A stretch of DNA of 64,000 nucleotides from Amphiscolops sp. MND2022 (taxonomy: Eukaryota), in the NCBI GenBank assembly GCA_964187785.1, contig OZ076409.1, positions 14,820,001 to 14,884,000 on the forward strand, in the 5' to 3' direction. Position 1 is the stretch's first letter, and the number at the start of each line of letters is the position of its first letter. The translations under genes and the position numbers were made by a program. Positions 1-12,700 of this stretch are shown here, piece by piece. The notes under the pieces were generated by a model. That model did no database searches. It saw nothing but the letters and a program-made list of their open reading frames with translations, and had not been told where the DNA came from.

Positions 1-1800
1 ATCATGTTTACGTGTTTCATAGGCAGCCTCGTTTGGGTTTGAGTTGGGGTTGATTTTTCTAAAATGTCTTTCTGTAGGTACATCTATCAAGCGCTTTCTC
101 AATGATGTCGCAAAATATTTTGTACACCCCCTCAGCACAATCATTATAGAAACTACGCCAGTTAGCATTATTGATGTTGCCGAATACCTCTTTCGAATAA
201 TTTGCTTTATCGAAAATTTCTTTCGTTATAACTTCTGATTTTGTTTTCATTTCTATCGTTGTAATGATTGAGGTACCTAGAAGATCATTATCTGTATTCT
301 TCAGTGTTCTCAATGTTGTATGAGACACAACGGACTCAAAGGTTTCAGCAGGGGGAAGATCAGTGATAATATAATCGATCAAGGAGCTGGAATTTTCTTG
401 TATCCTGGTTGGTTGGTTATCATTGATAACGCTGAGTCCATAGGAAACAATTACAATATCTAAGCATTGTTTTCATTGCCAATTGAGATAGTCAATATTA
501 TTATCCCCATCAATGATATTGGCTTGTTTTCGGTAAAGTCAAAATCAATGCTTGTTAATAATTTAAGAAAGGAATTTTTGTTCAGACGAATAAGGTCCTT
601 TCTTAATTTGGGATTAGTTGATTTTGGAACGATAAGCATTACTCCACCGCCTCTGTCTTTTAACATTGTTTCTCTATCCGATCGAAATGTTTTGAAAAGA
701 CCTTTTTCCAATTCCCAGAAACTCTTACTATCCTCTGCTTTTAACCATGTTTCAGATAAACCGTATAGTGTTGTTGCCAAGATCCCTGACAAGATTTTGG
801 ATTCGCTTTTTCTTTAGGACAATGCTTTGACAATTCACATGGAAAAACTTCAGTTTTTTGTTTCAGTAATAGAATTAAGGAACAAAATGTATTCAGGACC
901 TTTTTGAACACTTTCAACAGTTGTCCTGGTTTCAACCCATAAGTTTTTTGTTTTATTCGAAATGTTTGATGAGTTTTATTTGATGTAAAATAGGAGCAGG
1001 TAGCGATAGGGAGACAACATAGTTTTTCATCATCTTTGTTGCGAGGCGAGATAGCACCTAAAATCAAAAGCAACAAGATGAACATAGTAGGGGTCAATTG
1101 ATTGATTGAACTAATATTCAGTCAGGTCCAAAATTCAAAATCTTCGATTGAAACAATCTACATAATGGTAAGTTTGTTTGAGATACTACGTGTTAGCCAA
1201 AGAATTGTTATATTGGTGTTGTTGGTAGCAAGGAAAGAAATCTTGTTGTGATTTCATCAAGGGGAGTCCATAAAAGGTGACCAACAGAGCAGTTAAGAAA
1301 TTTGGAAAAATGGCAGGCCAATTCTGTAATTCAGGTGGATATCATCATAGTTGTTGCAATTAGGAACTTTCTGTAATAATTGGGCTACAGGTGGATGTTT
1401 GATTGTAACATTCAGGTCGTTCCACTGGATAAAACAAGATAACAAATTATTGAATTCTTTGATGCGTTCATTTTCATCACGATACCGGTCATTATCTCTC
1501 ATGGGAAGCACTTCACAAAGTAGTCAATATGCAGGTTGAAATTTCCACTGCACATTTTTCACCAGCTCAATATATTTGCCGAAAAGTTCTGCTACTTCAG
1601 AGGTTTTCCTTTTCAAAATAGAATTGGTTCTATCTTGTAACACTACAGTTTTAAGCTTTCTGTCTGGATATTTTTCCAAAACTGCCAATTTTTCAGCAGT
1701 AGTAGAGCCACGATATCCATGGATGGCTACATCTTGAGGAATACTTTTCGAACTTCTCAAAATCGAAAATGAAAAAAAAATCATTTTATCGGACGACAAA
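1..1800 (-). mobile_element. Decayed CR1/L2-type non-LTR retrotransposon (ORF1 esterase plus start of ORF2 AP endonuclease), running off the left edge
   Basis: ORF2 APE motifs YGLSETWL, FRSDR..RGGGVMLIV (460-792) and IDYIITD (59-382), broken by frameshifts. Upstream ORF1 pieces carry SGNH-type blocks. Confidence 0.8.
1293..1799 (-). pseudogene. LINE ORF1 SGNH/GDSL esterase domain, frameshifted
   Basis: FSILR...HGYRGST, VVLQDRTNSI, LPMR...RIKEFNNLL and DDIHLN correspond to GDS, G, GxND and DxxH blocks known from CR1/L2 ORF1 esterases. Confidence 0.7.
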
Positions 1801-3474
1801 TATAAATATCTCCGTAAGGTATGAAATGCAATTTCAACATCAAATACAGGCGCAAAATGAAAACAATTGTTCTTCGAGTTTGCACCCTACCAACTAAAAT
1901 ACATTAATCGATTGCATCAACCAACGTTAAGGTAAAGCAAAATTGTCGTCTTGCTCAGTCAATGAGATGAAAATTCTTGGTATCATGTTTCGGCGCTAAA
2001 TGTGATCAAATTACCCGGGAAAATCAACCCAAATTATGTTTGTAAGTAACCGTGTATATAGCAACTTTTCAGTTCACGTGAACAAAATCAGTTGAGTTTG
2101 TTAACAAAAATCGCCAGATTTACTTTCTCAAGACACGCGAAGGCGACGAAATGCATGAAGCGGTTGATATGAACAACTAGCCTAGGACTAAAGCCTCGGC
2201 CTTGAGATTTTTCAAAATTTTCATAAAACAGCTTTTTTGCATATTAGAAAGACAGCAATTTTGGAGCCTCAACCGGCGAGTCGATTTGAAAATTGTCGTT
2301 TTGTTCAACAACCAGTTCCAAGTTAGTTGATTTCGAGCCTCCAGTTCCGGATGTCTACTTGTAAGTTTAATGATGCATTCCAAAGGGTTACTACTCGTAA
2401 CTCACAACTATCGCTGGTCGCATTTTCTGCCTGCATCACGACTGGTACGCTCGACCTTATCCTCAGTGCTTACATGGCTCCAATATCAGTATAAAACAGT
2501 ATAAAATTAATAATTTCGTCAAACGAAAATCGAGAAATTATCGGGGTTGAGTTATTCAAGTCAAAATTGAAATTGGTTTTGAAACGAAAAGACGAAACGC
2601 TTGTAGCTTTCAACCGGAAAGCTAAGACAAGCACTCCTCCAAATTCTAGCCTATTGATGTGAATCAACAATGCCAAGTCTGGTGTCTTGCAAGTCACTGG
2701 AGTTATATTTAGAAAGAGCACATGTAAAGTATCCAAGAAGAAACCATGTGAATATATCTCTGACTCGATTCGAAATTTGGAACTCAACTCAACTATACGA
2801 AGACAGGTTCCTTGCTATCAAGTAAGGCTTCGATTTTTTGAGTACAGAAAAACTCGCCACTGTTTTTTGGCAACGAGAACCCTTTGTCTCAGAATATCTA
2901 TAGTTCCGACTCCGGTATGAAAAGAACTAATCCAAAGATTCAATATTTGTAGTGCGCGAGTGTCCAGCATTGGGAAACGCCAGAGGATCACAAGCACAAA
3001 TTTACATTGATACAAAATAAACCAATTTGACTCCGAAACAGCATGATCATGAAACCACAGAATGAATTCAATGAAGCACAGCAAACAGGTTTTCACTTTG
3101 AACAGTCAAAGTCTCAAGAAGTGCTTTGAAATTTCAAAAACCCAACAGATTGTTTCGTTGAATGAACTAACGAACAGAAGCTGAAACTAAAATGAATAAT
3201 ACAGCCATACAGATGGAGGCAGTTTACAAAATTTGCTTTGTCGCAAATGGGAAAAGAAATGAAAGCAGATTGGTTAGTACTGTACAGAATGGGAAGAAAA
3301 CAGTCGCATGCATCACAGCCGATTCATCTACATTCAATTGTTTTTTTTTTGTTTTTCAACATTATCATTAGTAGCAGTCGTAGTTTTAATGTGTGTTTCT
3401 TAGATTCCATTTGTTCTGTTGTTTGTTTCACCCCGTAGAGAGAGCGAGCAGTGTGACCTTGTACGGGTTGGGGC

Positions 3475-3768
3475 TTAGCCCTGGAACAAGTCTCTCAAGT
3501 CGCAGAGAGCCTTGGCAATGTTGTCGCGGAATCGGTTGCTGTCTGTGTAGGGGGAGCTGAAGCGACTCGAGATGTGGAAGAAGAGGCAATTCTCTCCTCC
3601 GATGATGTAGGACACACCATAGCCGTTCTCGTCGACTGCGTTGAAACCCCCGCCACAATGCAGTTCCCGCCAGTCCACATTGTGCTGAATCATCTGGTAT
3701 ACAGCGGTCTGACTGGTCGACAAACGCCACTTCTCAGACACAAACTCGTCCAAGAAAGAACTTTTCAC
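3475..3768 (-). CDS. CPT1: CPT1 last coding exon
   Basis: Acceptor [30 protein letters not shown] stop. Confidence 0.92.
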   Translation of the reverse strand: MKSSFLDEFVSEKWRLSTSQTAVYQMIQHNVDWRELHCGGGFNAVDENGYGVSYIIGGENCLFFHISSRFSSPYTDSNRFRDNIAKALCDLRDLFQG

Positions 3769-6700
3769 CTGAACAACCAACAGTCAACCTATTTTTAGTC
3801 GGCGCATTTTAGTTGAACATGAGCGAAACTATTACAGTGGCTAGTTTTTTTCTCAGATAACAGAATGTATGCGTAGTGGACACTTTTTACAGAAACTACT
3901 TAACTACTTTTCTCAACAATTATTTTCAATATCATCCAAACTTTTGAAGCGTTTTCCGACCACGGAAGGCACTTTTGGTGTTTCGACACTTTTATGCGAG
4001 TTTTTCATGAAATAGGTACTGTGCATATATTTGAAACTTTGCGCTTTTCGAGCCTAAGATGGTAAGTAAGAAACGTAAGTAAAGAACCTCAATCAGAATG
4101 AAGCTACTTCAGAAATAAATGCCACATTTTAATTTTCGATGCTTTCGAGGCACAAGTCCATGAATGATTCATGGAAACGGTCAAGGTTCATTAAAGCTTC
4201 ATTGACTTCGATTAGACATATTGTCTCCATTTTAAGATCTCCCGAAATTTCGTCTTGGGAGTAAAATCCAGACTGAAATCTCACCTTCATGTAGCGAGCC
4301 AGCACGTAGAGACAGAACAGATGTCTGTCTACGCCTTTGCCACTCATGCAGTCTCTGTAGAGATCTTGGTGAGCTCGCACACTCTTGTACAGCAGTTTCT
4401 TCAGATCTTCCTTGGACGCAGTTCTGGGACTCTCGCAAAAGGCCCTCACAAACGCAGTAGAATCGTTGGTGCAAGACCTCACAGTCTCGGTTCGGCCCTC
4501 CAAGTACAGTCTAGTCATCGAAGCCTCGTAGGTCAAGTGAAACTCTCCGACATCGCGGAAGTAAGCCAACTGAAGTGCGAGTTGCAGGAAACCGTCTGGA
4601 CTACACTTTACTGTTTTCATGAAACCCTTTCCGAATTCCTTGAAGAAGAGAAGTCGTGAGTCTATATCCTTAACAGCCTCCTTGTTCTCTAGGTAGCATT
4701 CATCCACGAATGCTTTCACGTTAGGGGTGAAATCCCAATGGAGTTTCTGGGGAGCCGGCAGCTTCAGATTGGATTCTCCAAGCGTATGCCCGTCTGCAAT
4801 CAAATTAACTGTTAGAACATTCTTAGGCAAGCAAAAAACCGAGCATAATCCACGAGCAAAAGAACCCATCCAATAAAAATTACACTCATTACAATACACA
4901 TCCTGGTAAAATGGATTTCAGTCACGCAGCGTAATCTGTTTAATCCGTAATTCATCGTGAATCAGTCAAGACGGTCTACTCCTGGAACGTGTAGCTGTGT
5001 CAACGAGTGCAATGGAAAATAGCGTGAACTAGTCAACAAACGCGGTAGTTAGTCAAAAGTGGAAGTTGATCCAAACAATCAATGTAAACTAGTCAACCAC
5101 TGTAATTACCGATGGTGTAAACTGGTCACTGTATGAAGCTGTGTCACCTGGTGTAACAACTTATCAATGCGTGTAATGTGTGACAAGTGTAAAGCTTCGA
5201 AAAAAATCGCACTCATTGGACAAAAAATGAACTAACAGGATCCTGCTAGTTCGTTACCGGGATGTGTATCGTAATGCTAGTTTTTTTTAAAAAAACACAT
5301 AGTTGTAACGGTCATGGAGAATATATCGGTTGAAAATTCTTGTGAAAAACCATCTACTTTTGAGAATTCACTACCCCAGTTCCGGAGAAAATGACAATTT
5401 GGGGGAAAACGCCTCCAAAGGCAAAGACATTCCAAGACTCGTCTATTGTTATTTTCCGCCCATATTTCATATGGGAAAGGAAAATATTTAAATCAAACGG
5501 GTTTTTTTTTACAAAATTTGCCAAGAATTATTTTTTACGTAATATGAAGAAGTACATTCACAGAATTCAACTGACATAAATTTAGTTCCATGCGATATGT
5601 ATTTGTAAAGATTTTTGAACTTTTTTGGGAATGACGGAAATGACCCCATAATGACCCAAAAATGACCCCGAAAATGACAAAAATTCAAAACTTTCTCAAT
5701 TTTCACCGTTTTCGTGCATTTTTTGCCATTTTTTTCGATAAACATCGTCGATTAGAATGTTGAAAACGTTCAACAAGGCACGAATTTGTTGTCCAATAGT
5801 ATTCTGAAGAGATTAATGCGGTTTTTTAAAAGAAAAATTACCAAAAAAATGACAAAAATTCCAAAATTTTTCGATTTTTAACGTTTTTATGCAATTTTTG
5901 TCAAATTTTCGATAGACTTCGTGGATTAGAATGTTGAAAACGTTCAACAAGGCACGAATTCGTTGTCCAATAGAATTCTTTAAGGAGATAAATTCGTTTT
6001 TAAAAAAAATTACCCCAAAAATCATAAAAAAATTCCAAAATTTTTCGATTTTTAACGTTTTTATGCAATTTTTGGCAAATTTTCGATAGACTTCGTGGAT
6101 TAGAATGTTGAAAACGCTCAACGTGACAGGAATGGCAGGAATTCGTTGTCTAGTATGCTTTTCCGAAGAGATAATGGCTGTTTTCTAAATGAAAAATATA
6201 TCAAATTGAAACCGAAAATGACAAAAAACCCAAAATTTTCCAATTTTCAAAGTTTTTATGCAATTTTTGTCAAATTTTCGACAGACTTTGTAGATTGGAA
6301 TGTTGAAAAGAGTCAACAAGGAACAAATTTGTTGTCCAGTAGTCTTTTTCGAAGAGATTTGGGGCGGAAAATATCCCGCTGGTCCGCGGGCGTCTTGTTT
6401 CCATATAAGTTTTGGGGTGTAACATTTTATAAAAATTCTCGGAAATTTTTCTAAAGATTTCCGTTTAAAAAACATTTGGATTTTTGAATTTGCGGAAGTG
6501 CGCATTCCTATTTGAATTCTAGTGAACCTCTCAGCGGACGATTATTTAGCGAGCAGTCGTTCGGTTCATGTGAACAAAGGTATCTTTCCCAGCTGCTAAG
6601 AGAACAATTTGTGAAAATAATCTGGTCGAAAAAGAATTGTCCTTACGTGTTACAATAAATAATATCCTACCGTACGCAGAAATAGTTAAAAACCACTTTC

Positions 6701-9700
6701 CAGGATGAAAAGACAACACAGAACTAGTCTCGCCAACCAATAACTTGAATTCACAGATACGAAAAAACCAGTAAATTTTTAAAATGCCACTTCAAAGTTA
6801 AGTTCAACTCCATTGGAGATGTTAGAGTATACATGCCCAGTGTGTAGCCAAGAGATCTGAGTTCTTGGTAGAATGCGTACTCGAACACTTGGCTCGAAAC
6901 CGGCGCATCTGCCCACGAGTGCTCAAAACTGGCGGAAGCTCGGCCATTCGGGTGCATTATAATTGAGAATGATTTGTCGAACCAATGCATGTGACCGTCC
7001 CCATGAAGAGCCCTTCTCACCGACTCATCCGCTGAAACATTGCATTTTCTCATTTCAACTTACACATCAGTAGTTTCACAATCACACATCTAACTAGATC
7101 AGCATGTGCGGTAAAGGAGTCGGAAACAGATTAAAATATTGAAAAAGTACGTACTTTGTCATTTGATAATTTTTTGACTAATTTAGGCTATGTTTGTCAG
7201 ATCCCAGCCGTACGATTTTGATCTAATTGCACACATAGGGCCCTAATATGATGTGGAATGACTGTAAATCATATGGATAGTTTTCGAGAAATTCGAAGTT
7301 TTCACTGAAAGGACGAGAGAAAAAAGTCACGATTGCACAAGTAGTCGAAAATTTTTTCCGACTCCTAAAAATTAATCCAAATTAACATGGGTGTTTTTGC
7401 AAATTTTCAAAAATTTCGGAAACTTCTTTCAATCCTTAATATCTTTCCAACTACGCATACCAGAGAAATGAATTATTGCGCGTTTGAAAGGTCTGATATT
7501 GGGCTTTCCATTTTGCTTTTAGTGAGCCCCGTTCCATTCTTCAGAATTTTAGTTTTAATGTACTTCGTGTGAGGACTTGTAGTAACAACAGCATATTATT
7601 TGGTTTTGTTGCACCAGGTCTTGCTGTAAAAGGATTTAGGGTTGCCTTTCTTTTTGAACTTTTGAGAAAATTGGGTTTTGCCAAAAAAAGAATTTTGGAA
7701 ATTTTCAACCTTTTTTCGCAAGACAAACCCGTTTTTCTCATGGTTGGAGAACTTCACTTTTGCTAATATGCTTGTCCTGTACGTTACCCGTGAATTGTTA
7801 AATAAAAACTGTGCTAAAGAAGATGGGCTTTTGTCAAAACGAATCAAAAGTTGAAAAAAAGTGTATGCCCCTTTCAAGTACCCCTATGCAATTTAGGGTG
7901 GGTTCACAAAAACCTGCAAAGCTTTCCGGAAAGTCGCAAAAGTAGCGCAGTCCCTTCGCTATTCAGAACCCTTGCCATTCCCAAGGCTCAAAAACTTGCA
8001 TTCCGGATTGGCAGACATATCTAGAGCGTTCATGTACTAAGTTTGTCCTAGTTCGATGTCGAACATTGCCCCTAGGTTTTTCACATGATCGTGGCACGAG
8101 GTCTAGACAAGAAGAATGTTCAGAACATGACATTGAAGATAGTGGAGAAAACTCAAAGCATCTAACTTCAAATGAACCGAATGAAGTTTCGTATTCAAAT
8201 TACTCTAGTCATAAGACAAAATTCAACACCAAAACCAAATCAAGTAGCATCTTGGAGCGCGAAGTTCACAATAGTGGAATTTGACCTTTTGCAGTTCAAT
8301 CCTTTGAAGACGAAACCAAAGCAAATTTACAATTCACTTAATGACATCATGTAAGCTTCACGCCACTTCAACTTAGAATCTATTACGCTCAAAAATGAGC
8401 AAAACCCCTCCCCTGAAAACAAAATTCTTTCGGAAACACCACACTGTTAATGTAACAAAAAATCCATTTCATTCCAACGTGGTGCTTTTTCTATCGTTTT
8501 AGCGGTTTATACGTTAATTTACACCCCTGAAGAAGTTTTTTGAAGAAATAAAACTGATAATATTGGCGACAGTGATGTAGAAATACATTGTGTATTTAAA
8601 TATATTGACAAAAAAAAATAAATGAAATAAATGAAAATAAAAAAAAACTTATAAACGCACCAGCTGATTGTTTGGTAAAGAAAACTCTTGAATAAGATTT
8701 TCAAACGCTATTGCATAGCCGTCCGCGCCTTTTCACGGAATATTGACATGCTGTCTTCGAAATCAAGAAAATGGGACCAAAAAATCAAAAAAATGAGTGC
8801 AGCTTTTCTTTTTTCCAGTTTTCGTTTGTGCCCTTTTATCCCACTGGTATCAACATTGGGTCAAAGCGGCCCCAGCATGTTTTGAAACATGCTGAAAAGC
8901 AATCAGAGACACGACGCGTGCAAAGTTTTGGCGCAAAGTCCGTAGCCAGTGTGAAGAAAGCCCCCAGCCCACCAGTTTAAAAATTGATTGGAAAGCGCTG
9001 ATACTCCTCTTTCTGACGCTCTATAAATTGTTTGTCGGACTTGAATAGTTTAGGAGATATTGCGGTTTAAAGTTTAAGCACCCGATTTTTGGATGGATCC
9101 AGAATTTTCCTGGTCAACTTAAGGTTAACACAAATGTATCATTATGATCGTATACGATCATACGTATTATGATCATATATTTATTGTTAGCCAGCAACAA
9201 ATGAATATATTAATTTGTCCCTAATATTTAATTACTATATTTTAGATTCCTCATAGGGTACATAATTTATCTGAGCCAGTTTATGGCTCTGGCGTAATTC
9301 GACAAGCACAAAAATCTGAGGATTGAAGAAGCAAATGATTGATGACTTACCGGAATCAATAACATCCTCTTTGAAGACGACGTCTTTGTCTGAAAAAGTG
9401 ACGATGAAAGCAGCATTCTCGATTGCACGCAAACTCTCCTTGTTGCTGCCCGATCCGAAGTACTTCTCACGGCCTTCGGCCCATTTGTCTCGGTTGACAT
9501 TGGTCACTGCAGGCAAGTACAGTTCGCTCTCATCCACGGGAGTCGAGGTGGCGTCCTCGATGATTTTGCTGAACTGCTTCTCGAGGTCACATGGGCGCAA
9601 ATGGTCCCCCATGTAGTAGCACTGCATTTTATACCACCTGCAACAAACTACGTTTCAGAGTAGGGTTTTGACATCGCTATTTTTTTCGTTAATCGCTAAA

Positions 9701-12700
9701 CCGCTAAGTTCAAAATCGCTATTTCGTTGAAAAACTTTTTCTGCAAACTATTTAACGTTGACTTCAAGTATGTTTTAAAATTAAAAGAGAAAAAAGATCA
9801 GATTTTTACCAAATATTCCAAACATTATATAGCACACAAAAATTAGACAAAAATTTGTTTCAATATCACTTTCAGAAGCGCCTCACAGATGGAAAGTTTT
9901 AACTGGGGTTTAACTTAAAAAAAACAATTTAAAAAATGAAATTGAATCAAACCGAAATTTTCTAGTCTCGACCAAACCCCAAACTGAACTTGATTGACGT
10001 AGTGTTTACTGCGAATATCAATCGTTATAGCGTGTTTACTCACGAATATCAATTGATTTAAGCATCCAAATATTTTCACTTAGATGAACGCAAATTAATA
10101 AATGTCAAAGGAGCATTTAAAGGACAATGACCTTTAGGAATTCATTCACAAGAACAATGCCCGCCAATGCATCAATTCAAGGTAGTGAGTAGCAGCTTTA
10201 AGCAAACAAATTAATAACCATAGCAGAAAAAACCACGATTCTCAGTCAATCATGATAATTCCTACACTCGACATCGCTTCCTCAGAAACGATGTCTTTTG
10301 ACGGCGGTTCAAAATAGCGTATTTCCTCAAAACTAACGAATTGAATAAGTTGAAGAGTTCTACTATATAGTTCGTTCCGAAAGGAAAAAGTTCAGCTAGA
10401 GTTCGAGGCTATCTCAATTCACGAAAGTCCATAAAGGGCTTTCTATAATTTCATAGGGCCTCTTCTGTTGAGATGTAGATGCAGGCAGGGATGTAAAATG
10501 AAAATCTTATTGGTGCTTTATTTTCAAAAATAGGCCCCTCCGGGGCACACTATTATTTCTGCTTTAATCTTTCATTAATAATAGAATCATATCAGGAATA
10601 CCAATACACTCCTGTTTAATCATTATTTAGCGCACAATTAATCACTGTACAAGTTTACACCGATTACGTACCAAATAACATAGAAGCAAATAACAAAATT
10701 AGTTTCAAATAACATAAAAATGAAATTAGTTTCAAATAACAAATAAAACCGAATACCCGGTTAAACAATCGAACTCAGAAAATTTGATGTGCAATTTCCA
10801 CACTTTTTTCAGTGAATCTTTTGATTGTGAATGCTTTTGACAAATAAAACTTTCTCGGAAACAATTTTATTTTTAAGTTTAGTCAAACTCATTTCATTTT
10901 TATGTAATTTGAAACTAATTTTGTTTTTATTACTTGCTCTTGTTATTTGGGAATTCACCGTTTACACCACCTTTAATTCTTCTCGGACTGAAGAAAAAAT
11001 AACTACTAAGCGTAGACGAAGATTCGCATTCGCATTTGAATGCAGGCGAAGCTCTCAATGAACGAATAATTAACGCATAATTACGAACATCCTCTCGCTT
11101 CATCTCAATGACGTCAGCGTACGAATGCATAACTACCACTCTCTCGTTTCATCGCACGAGAAATAAAATTTCGTCGGCAGCTTGATAAATTTAATTCTCA
11201 CGCTTATAGTCACTGCCGAACAAAATATCTGAATTATTCAGTAACGTGCGAAAAATTTAACTTTAAAAAAGTAGACATCTTGAGATTTCAATAATATTCC
11301 TGCTATCGCAGAAGTAATAAATACAATAAAATTGTTTAGTTTAGGCAAAAATTCAATAACATTAACATGATTTGTTTCATTGCAACAATAATTGTTTTCA
11401 ATGTCTCAATAATTTTGGGCCAACTAAAGACCTTACGGATTAAGCCAACATCCAACCTGCCTGGGCGACTATTTAGTGTAGTTTTTTACCGATTATCGAA
11501 AGACACGTTAACGTGGAAGTGCAAACTTTACTCAAATTCAACAAGCATATCTGGGACTCAAAACTAGTTTCTGCTGTCGTTAAGCAAGATAAGCAATAAT
11601 TGTTGATGTTGATCAATCATTTATGTTTGCTTTAAAAAATCCAGTTATTGAAACAATTATTGGTTTTTGTGCGTGCGCAATAAAAGTTATTGTGAGCTAC
11701 AATACAATAACCATACAATATTTTACACCCCTGGATGCAGGAGCGAAGCGACGTGTCACTACTAGTCTAGCAGCTGGTTTTGATGAAGGCCGATCTGGAG
11801 AGTGGCAAAGCGCCCCGGTATGATGAAGGGCCAGCTATACAACCAATATTTAGAATCAGGGCTGCCCAAAAATTAATTGATTGAAAATTAATTGCAATTA
11901 ATTGCTAGAAATTAATTGATTGCTAGAATTTGCAATTAAAATTAATTAATTTTTTCGTTCCAATTAATTGCAATTAATTGGTGTAATACATGTATTTCAT
12001 GCATTTGCAACTTGCAAATGAATCGGTTGCAGCCGATGACGCAATTTGACTTGAAATGAGGCAATGAGTTTCTGTTGACATAGTAAACAAATAGTGTGAG
12101 CTTTTCAGATTGCATTGTGCCTGCGATTAGTAAATATGCCAGCGTCAAAAGATATTGTTATGCGTTATTTCGTACAAGAAGCTGATAACCTGTGGAAATG
12201 TTCGTGTGGGAAGGTTTTATCGCAGAAAAAGAACACTGGTTTTACCAATCTTTTCAATCATATCAAATCTCAACATCCTGAATACGCGTCCAGTGGATCT
12301 CAGCCGAGCATTAGCTCATGTTTTGCGTTAGCCCCATCATCATGCAAGAAAGGAGACAATATTTACGCATGGATTAGATGGATTTGTGTGGGCATGAAGC
12401 CATTTGAATTCGTTGAAGACCCCCTGACGCGGGAATTTTCACGACTACAGCCAATTTCGGTAACGACTTTGAAAAAATACATGGATTTACTGACCCGAGA
12501 AGTGAAGAAAAAGATAAGTCCGGATTTTGAGGCTGCGATTATCAAAATTATTAATGATTCTGAGAACGAACTATCTGATAACGAAAAAGAAGCCGTTATC
12601 CTGCTAAAGCTCCCTAATTCAAATCTACCGACAGACACTAACAGTGAAACTTCAATCGATTTTGCTGCGACTCTTCTTAAAAAACGAAAAATTGAAAAAG

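Noticed and set aside
741..900. 2A-like peptide at the LINE ORF2 start
   Set aside because: No DxExNPGP motif present.
5509..6505. ORFs in CPT1 intron 5
   Set aside because: Translations of the tandem array; no protein motifs.
8515..8529. hAT-like end TTTACACCCCTG
   Set aside because: No partner TIR with a matching TSD found.
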